A stretch of DNA of 64,000 bases from the NCBI GenBank assembly GCA_963711835.1, contig CAVQFQ010000004.1, forward strand, positions 320,001 to 384,000. Direction: 5' to 3'. The position numbers and the translations under genes are program-made. Of the stretch, positions 57,235 through 64,000 are shown piece by piece. The notes under the pieces are model-generated. The model was not told the origin of the DNA, did no database searches, and was given only the letters and a program-made list of their open reading frames with translations. Source of the stretch: an uncultured delta proteobacterium. Its GTDB lineage: Bacteria; Desulfobacterota; RBG-13-43-22. Every line of letters begins with the position of its first letter. Positions within the stretch are counted from its first letter, which is position 1.

Positions 57235-57531
57235 ATGTTTGTGTTCGGAAATTTGTTAATAGCCCTGGCCAAGATTCTGGATATCCTCCTCACGGCCTAT
57301 ACCTGGATCATCATAGCCCAGGCCGTCATCTCCTGGGTCAAACCCGACCCCTATAACCCTATCGTCCGTTTTCTTTACTCCGTCACCGAACCCGTTTTGA
57401 GGCCCATCCGGCAGCGCCTGCCGGTGATCTGGGGCGGCTTCGACTTTTCCCCCTTGATCCTTTTGCTGGCGATTGTCTTTTTGCAGGAGTTTTTAATCCG
57501 GAGCCTGATGCAATTAGGTTTTCGAATGTGA
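57235..57531 (+). CDS. yggT: YggT family membrane protein
   Basis: ISWV.PDPYNPIV.FL..TEP.L.PIR, DFSP. Confidence 0.92.
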   Translation: MFVFGNLLIALAKILDILLTAYTWIIIAQAVISWVKPDPYNPIVRFLYSVTEPVLRPIRQRLPVIWGGFDFSPLILLLAIVFLQEFLIRSLMQLGFRM

Positions 57532-57884
57532 CCAAAGCCCGCCCCCTGACGACCTCACCACCCGGTTCGGATACCCCCCTCCCCTCCACCCTTAAAGAAA
57601 CCCCTCAAGGAATCTCTCTGACTATTTTGGTTCTGCCCAAATCCAGGAAAACAGGCTGGGAGGAACCCAAGGAGGCTGTCCTGCGGCTCAAGGTCCAGGC
57701 TCCCCCGGTCCATGGGGCTGCCAATCAGGCCTGCCTGGCCTTTTTGGCCGGATGGTTTGGGTTAAAAAAGTCCGCTGTGGTCCTGCTCAAGGGAGAGCGA
57801 TCCCGCCAAAAGGTCTTTTTATTGAAGGGGCTGGATCTTAAAAAAGGGCTCACCCTTCTCCCGGACCGAAATCGGTATCAATAG
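57528..57884 (+). CDS. DUF167 (YggU) family protein
   Basis: LKVQAPPVHGAAN, GERSRQK; follows yggT. Confidence 0.85.
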   Translation: MTKARPLTTSPPGSDTPLPSTLKETPQGISLTILVLPKSRKTGWEEPKEAVLRLKVQAPPVHGAANQACLAFLAGWFGLKKSAVVLLKGERSRQKVFLLKGLDLKKGLTLLPDRNRYQ

Positions 57885-58074
57885 GGGCAAAAGACTGGGG
57901 ATAATCTTCAAAGCCTTCCTGATCAAACCACTCTTGTTTGGCCAAGGCACATCGGATGTTTAGTCCACAATATTTTAAGCAGAGCCGGTCATGGCGATTG
58001 AATTGACTAAAACACTCAAAGCGACCCTGCAACTGATCGGCGGTAAATTGGGTGATCATAAATTCCTCCATCAT
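57850..58074 (-). CDS. small Cys-rich hypothetical protein
   Basis: CFSQF...CLKYC.LNIRC with an acidic tail; start uncertain. Confidence 0.55.
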   Translation of the reverse strand: MMEEFMITQFTADQLQGRFECFSQFNRHDRLCLKYCGLNIRCALAKQEWFDQEGFEDYPQSFAPIDTDFGPGEG

Positions 58075-58299
58075 TTTAATCGGTTAGTGTTTTGCGGGGA
58101 TCTTACTGCGAACTTTCCTGGGGAAAACCCTCATGAGTTAAAGGGGAATTGTAAAACGCTGTCTTAAAAACAGGGAGTGATTTAGCCGGAATCATATCTT
58201 AGACCGGCCGGATTGTCCAGACAAAAGAAGGCCCCGGTCCAAGAGAGGATCCATTAATTTTAACTTATTATTTTTATTAATAAATACGATACTTGGGGA

Positions 58300-59078
58300 T
58301 TACCGGTTCAAACGCAGGAGGTTTGTCAGGGCAGGATGGATCAGCCCATTGCTGGCCAGGATTTCTTTTTTAAAGATGTTATACGGTCCCCCCTTAAAGT
58401 CGGTCACCTTTCCGCCGGCCTCCTCCACAATAAGGACCCCGGCGGCCGTATCCCAGGGCTTAAGCTGTTCTTCCCAAAACCCATCGAATATGCCCTGGGC
58501 TACCCAACAAAGATCCAGGGCCGCGGATCCGGGGCGGCGCACACCTTGGGCCTGGGTGGTCACCTGACGAAACCGTTCCATAATCGGGCCGGAGGCTTTT
58601 CGGATGGAATAAGGAAACCCGGTTGCCAGCAGACTCCGGGAGATCTCTTTTACCGAAGAAATCCTGACCGGCTGCCCGTTGCAGTAAGCCCCCTTCCCCT
58701 TTACGGCCCAATAGGTTTTTTTTGATTCCGGGTTATGAACCATACCGAGAAGAAGGTCGTTTTCCTGTACCAGGGCCAGGGAAATGCAATAAAATGGAAA
58801 GCCGTGGACGAAGTTGGTGGTCCCATCCAGGGGATCCACTACCCAGTAGGGTCCGGAAGGTATCTCCGGGTTAGGGGTTTCTTCGGCCAGGAAGGCCCGC
58901 TTGGGAAAGCTGGACTTCAGGCGGGAAATAAGGTGTTCCTGGGACTTCAGGTCCCACTCGGTGACCAGGTCGATGGCGCCCTTTTGCTGATAGGACGGCC
59001 TGCTGCGAAAACCCTTTCTGAGAATCCGGCCCGCTTCCTGAACCGCTGCCCAGGCCGCCTCGAATGATCGGGTGCTGT

Positions 59079-59082
<4 letters not shown>
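58300..59082 (-). CDS. suhB: inositol monophosphatase
   Basis: DLVTE.D, WVVDPLDGTTNF, GSAALDL, WDTAAG. Confidence 0.92.
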
Positions 59083-60104
<1,022 letters not shown>

Positions 60105-60117
60105 GGTCTCCTCCCGG

Positions 60118-61098
60118 TCACGTGTCCATTAAGGAAAGGATGGAGGTGATGATGATCTGGCCGGCAAACAATAGGGCCCGAATCTCATCCTCCTCCCAAT
60201 GATTTTCCTGATAGCCGATTAAATTCATGACCCCGTAAACCTTCCTGAAAAAATAGAGGGGCAAGCCCATATAGGATTGAAAGTGCATACAGGGGTCCTC
60301 GGGGAAAAAGACATACGAGGTGTGCTGCCTGGGCTTCATAACCGGCCTGACCAGGGGTTTTCCCTCCCGAATCACCCAGCCCGTCAAGCCCATATCCACC
60401 CCCAGATGGGTCTTTTTCAGGGGTGCCCGAAGCTTTCCTTCGGAGGCCACTACCTTATAGCGGTCGCCTTTCTTGGGGACCAGGGCTATGAAGGCCGCAT
60501 CGGTATTGGAAAATTCCCGGCAGCGTTTAAGAACCTTCAAATAATAGTCGGGCAAGGGAGGCCCTTCCATGGAGAGGTCGTTTATGTGGTAAAGAAAATC
60601 AAGAATTCGCGTCTGGCGCTTTTCCCGTTGAGAAACGCCTTCACTCTCCAGGGCCATCAGGACGATCAAGGAAAAATCCTGAAGTATTTTCTGATGCTTC
60701 TCGGTAAAGATATAATTTCGCTTACTGTCGATACACAGGACCCCGTCCTCCCCCACGGGAACGGCCAAAAAGGCCTTGATCCCTTCGTCCCGCCGGTATA
60801 GTTTTAAGTTCCGGGTATCCCGGTCGAATTGGGCGATATTAACCGGCCGCCTGTTCTTGGCCACCCAGCCAATCAGGCTGTCTCCGACCTGCATCTCGGT
60901 ATCAGGATTTATATTCAGGCTTAAGCTGTGATAACAGGTTAAGGTAAGCCGGTCTCGGCTGGCATTATACAAAAAAAGGGCGGCTGTAAAAGCCTCGGTT
61001 ACATTGCTGATGAGCTGGATGATTTCCTGCAGCCCTTTTCGGGAGGTTCTTTCCAACCGCAGCGAAGCCGGTGAACTCAAATATGGATTAAAATCCAT
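60118..61098 (-). CDS. tandem GAF domain protein
   Basis: Two GAF-like segments (LIGWV..FLAVP; LTGWV..MGLP); no output domain seen. Confidence 0.78.
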   Translation of the reverse strand: MDFNPYLSSPASLRLERTSRKGLQEIIQLISNVTEAFTAALFLYNASRDRLTLTCYHSLSLNINPDTEMQVGDSLIGWVAKNRRPVNIAQFDRDTRNLKLYRRDEGIKAFLAVPVGEDGVLCIDSKRNYIFTEKHQKILQDFSLIVLMALESEGVSQREKRQTRILDFLYHINDLSMEGPPLPDYYLKVLKRCREFSNTDAAFIALVPKKGDRYKVVASEGKLRAPLKKTHLGVDMGLTGWVIREGKPLVRPVMKPRQHTSYVFFPEDPCMHFQSYMGLPLYFFRKVYGVMNLIGYQENHWEEDEIRALLFAGQIIITSILSLMDT

Positions 61099-61282
61099 TG
61101 CATAATGGTCTGATAAAAACTATAGTAAATTTAGATTAGGACCCAGGGCACTGAGTTCATTTTCTACCGTAGTTGCTCTGAGTTGTCAATTTATTTCCTG
61201 TCCCGAAAGAGGAACAATCCTGGTTTCAACCAATCGGCATGGTTCAAAAGTTTGGGCATACTATTTCTGATTCCCGTTGGAA

Positions 61283-61498
61283 GAGGACCGGGGGTCTTGA
61301 TTTCAAGGATTGTCCGCCAAAACGTCGGCAGCCTGACCCCGGGCAGGAAGTTCATAATGGGGTTAAGAAACAGGCCAACACAAAAGCTATTTATCATCGT
61401 GGGTGAATGCCCGGCTCCCAACCAACTTAGGAATTCAGGCCGGGTTGGGGCTATGGATTACCCTTCGGACAACCTTGAAATCAAGACCCCCGGTCCTC
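61283..61498. mobile_element. ~215-bp MITE-like element (copy 2)
   Basis: GAGGACCGGGGGTCTTGATTTCAAGG / CCTTGAAATCAAGACCCCCGGTCCTC inverted ends. Confidence 0.85.
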
Positions 61499-61561
61499 CA
61501 GTCAGGCCATAATGCGCCCGTGCCGAAACTTTTGCAACATCGAGGCAACCAATCCGGATCC

Positions 61562-62662
61562 ATGAAAAAAGATAACCCAAAAAAATTGGATTTAATCGCT
61601 CCCCGGAGAAAAACCCGGCCCATTTCGGTCGGGGGAGTTCTCATTGGAGGAACGCATCCGGTGGTCGTCCAATCCATGACCAGCACCGATACCCGAAATG
61701 TCCCGGCTACCTTGAGACAAATCAGAGGGCTTAAGAAGGCCGGTTGCGAGTTGGTCCGGGTAGCCGTCCCTGATCAGGGGGCACTGGAAGGGCTGGCGGA
61801 AATCGTCTCCAAGTCCCCGTTGCCGGTCATAGGGGATATTCATTTCGATTATCGCCTGGCCCTGGAAGCCGTGAAAGCCGGGGTGGCCGGGATCCGGATC
61901 AACCCGGGCAACATCGGCGGGACCCGAAAGATTCGCCAGGTTATTGCCGCGGCCCGGGACCAGGGGGTCTGCATCCGGATCGGGGTAAATGCCGGGTCCC
62001 TGGAAAAGGATCTGCTCCCTTTTCCGCCCCAGCGCCAGGCCGAGGCCATGGTGACCTCCGCCTTAAGGCATATCGCCGTATTCGAGCAATCCAATTTTAA
62101 AAACCTGAAAATCTCCCTGAAATCCTCCGATGTCCTGCAGACCGTCCGGGCCTACCGTCTGCTGGCCGGCCAGGTTCCTTATCCCTTTCACCTGGGTATT
62201 ACCGAAGCCGGCAGCCTGATTTCGGGAACAGTCAAATCGGCCCTGGGCTTGGGGCTTTTGCTGGTTCAGGGCCTTGGGGATACCCTGAGGGTCTCTTTAA
62301 CGGCCGCGCCGCGAGAGGAAGTCCGGGTAGCCTACCAGATCCTGCGGGCCTTGGGTTTGCGGAAAAGGGGTATTGAGATCATTTCCTGCCCCACCTGCGG
62401 CCGCTGCCAAATCAACCTCATGGCCCTGGTGAAAAAAGTCGAACGGGCCGTCCGGGAGGTGGCCGCCCCCCTGAAAGTGGCTATCATGGGCTGCATCGTC
62501 AACGGCCCGGGGGAGGCCAGGGAAGCCGATATCGGAATCGCCGGCGGCAAAGGCTACGGTCTCCTCTTCGCCGGAGGCCGCCGCCTTAAAAAAATACCGG
62601 AGCAGCAGTTGGTGCCGGTCTTGCTCGAGGAAATCGAAAACCTGGTCAAGCAGAAAGGATAA
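61562..62662 (+). CDS. ispG: (E)-4-hydroxy-3-methylbut-2-enyl-diphosphate synthase
   Basis: [41 protein letters not shown]; the upstream ORF extension begins inside the MITE. Confidence 0.96.
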   Translation: MKKDNPKKLDLIAPRRKTRPISVGGVLIGGTHPVVVQSMTSTDTRNVPATLRQIRGLKKAGCELVRVAVPDQGALEGLAEIVSKSPLPVIGDIHFDYRLALEAVKAGVAGIRINPGNIGGTRKIRQVIAAARDQGVCIRIGVNAGSLEKDLLPFPPQRQAEAMVTSALRHIAVFEQSNFKNLKISLKSSDVLQTVRAYRLLAGQVPYPFHLGITEAGSLISGTVKSALGLGLLLVQGLGDTLRVSLTAAPREEVRVAYQILRALGLRKRGIEIISCPTCGRCQINLMALVKKVERAVREVAAPLKVAIMGCIVNGPGEAREADIGIAGGKGYGLLFAGGRRLKKIPEQQLVPVLLEEIENLVKQKG

Positions 62663-62664
62663 GC

Positions 62665-64000
62665 ATGCGCTACTCTCAGACTTATATTCCCACCCTTCGG
62701 GAAAAACCGGCCGAGGCCGAAATCATCAGCCACCAACTTATGCTGAGAGCCGGCCTGATCCGCAAGCTTTCCTCCGGAATTTACAGTGTTCTGCCCCTGG
62801 GCCTGCGCTCGATCCGAAAAATGGAGACCATTATCCGGGAAGAGATGGAGCGGGCCGGGGCTCAGGAAGTCCTTCTCCCGGCCTTACAGCCGGCCGAACT
62901 CTGGCAGGAAAGCGGCCGTTGGGACAAATACGGCAAAGAGCTTTTCCGCTTCCTGGACCGCCACAACCACCCCTACTGCCTGGGACCCACCCATGAAGAG
63001 GTGATCACGGATCTGATTCGCTATGAGGTCCGCTCCTACCGCCAGCTCCCGATCAATCTGTATCAGATCCAGACCAAATTTCGGGACGAAATACGCCCCC
63101 GCTTCGGCTTGATGCGGGGACGGGAATTCGGCATGAAGGACGGCTACAGCTTTGACCGGAACGAGGCGGAAGCCGAAAAAACCTACTTCACCATGTTTGA
63201 AGCCTATACCCGGATTTTTCAACGCTGCGGTTTGCTGTTTAAGGGGGTGGAGGCCGACAGCGGGACCATCGGGGGAAGCTTTTCCCATGAGTTTATGGTC
63301 CTGGCCGAAAGCGGCGAAGATGCCATCCTGGCCTGCCCGGCCTGCAGTTACGCCGCCAATGTGGAACGGGCCGAATCGTTTGACCTGTTCCATATTGACC
63401 CGGAAGAGATTGAAAGACCCGGCCGGAAAAAAAATACCCCCGGCCGGAAAACCGTTGCCGAGGTAACCGGCTTCCTATCCCTTCCGCCCCAGCGTCTGGT
63501 GAAGACCTTGATCTATCAGACCGAAAAAGGTCCCCAGGCCGTTTTAATCCGGGGGGATCAGGAAGTCAATCCAACCAAATTGGCCAGGCATCTGGATGTC
63601 CAGGAATTGACCCTGGCCGAAGGACCTCTGGTGGAAACCCTGACCGGGGCGCCCGTCGGCTTCGCCGGAGCCCTGGGTTTAAAGCTGCCCCTCTGGGCCG
63701 ACCAAACCCTCCAGGAACTTAAAAATTTCGTCATGGGGGCCAATGAAGCCGACACCCATTTTATTGATCTCAATTGGGGCAGGGACCTTCCCCGGCCCTT
63801 CTGGGCCGATCTGCGCCAGGTCTTCCCGGAAGAACCCTGCCCCCGATGCCGAAGCCCTTTAAAGGCCTATCGGGGAATTGAAGTGGGCCATGTCTTTAAG
63901 TTGGGCGACAAATATTCACGGTCCTTGAAGGCCGCCTATCTTGACGAGCAGGGGAAGGAACAGCTCATGATCATGGGCTGCTACGGGATCGGGGTGGGAC
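62665..64000 (+). CDS. proS: proline--tRNA ligase (partial, runs off the window)
   Basis: Hand translation [30 protein letters not shown]..., [39 protein letters not shown]. Confidence 0.97.
   Translation, partial: MRYSQTYIPTLREKPAEAEIISHQLMLRAGLIRKLSSGIYSVLPLGLRSIRKMETIIREEMERAGAQEVLLPALQPAELWQESGRWDKYGKELFRFLDRHNHPYCLGPTHEEVITDLIRYEVRSYRQLPINLYQIQTKFRDEIRPRFGLMRGREFGMKDGYSFDRNEAEAEKTYFTMFEAYTRIFQRCGLLFKGVEADSGTIGGSFSHEFMVLAESGEDAILACPACSYAANVERAESFDLFHIDPEEIERPGRKKNTPGRKTVAEVTGFLSLPPQRLVKTLIYQTEKGPQAVLIRGDQEVNPTKLARHLDVQELTLAEGPLVETLTGAPVGFAGALGLKLPLWADQTLQELKNFVMGANEADTHFIDLNWGRDLPRPFWADLRQVFPEEPCPRCRSPLKAYRGIEVGHVFKLGDKYSRSLKAAYLDEQGKEQLMIMGCYGIGVG

Overview
Bacterial chromosomal DNA, most consistent with an anaerobic Desulfobacterota/deltaproteobacterium (Hdr-Flx cluster, tRNA-Arg(UCG), ispG-proS next to GAF-mreB-suhB); the taxonomy is inference. 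Most of the window is housekeeping: era, larC, lon, a liv-type ABC operon, murU/amgK-like genes, der, copA, gmd with three GT4s and a flippase, ppiD-like, hdrA-flxDCBA-hdrD-like, pyrR, rnc, pstSCABB, mreB, ispG and proS. Two accessory arrays (about 1-6190 and 27630-33630) hold only + strand genes: toxin-antitoxin pairs, a TIR fragment, a beta-propeller and small enzymes. The genes are separated by integron attC-like sites, although no integrase is present in the window, and by nine arms of a second ~240-bp repeat with GGGACGTTCGTGCAG terminal inverted repeats. That repeat truncates cassette genes, ends both arrays and may derive from a RAYT/HUH transposase; this mixed array is the best candidate for an undescribed system. 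Three selenoproteins are split or missed by the ORF track: HdrA, an HdrD-like protein and a UxxC glutaredoxin, each with an in-frame UGA and a SECIS-like hairpin. Several other palindromic or MITE-like repeat families occur, one of them in frame inside a coding sequence.
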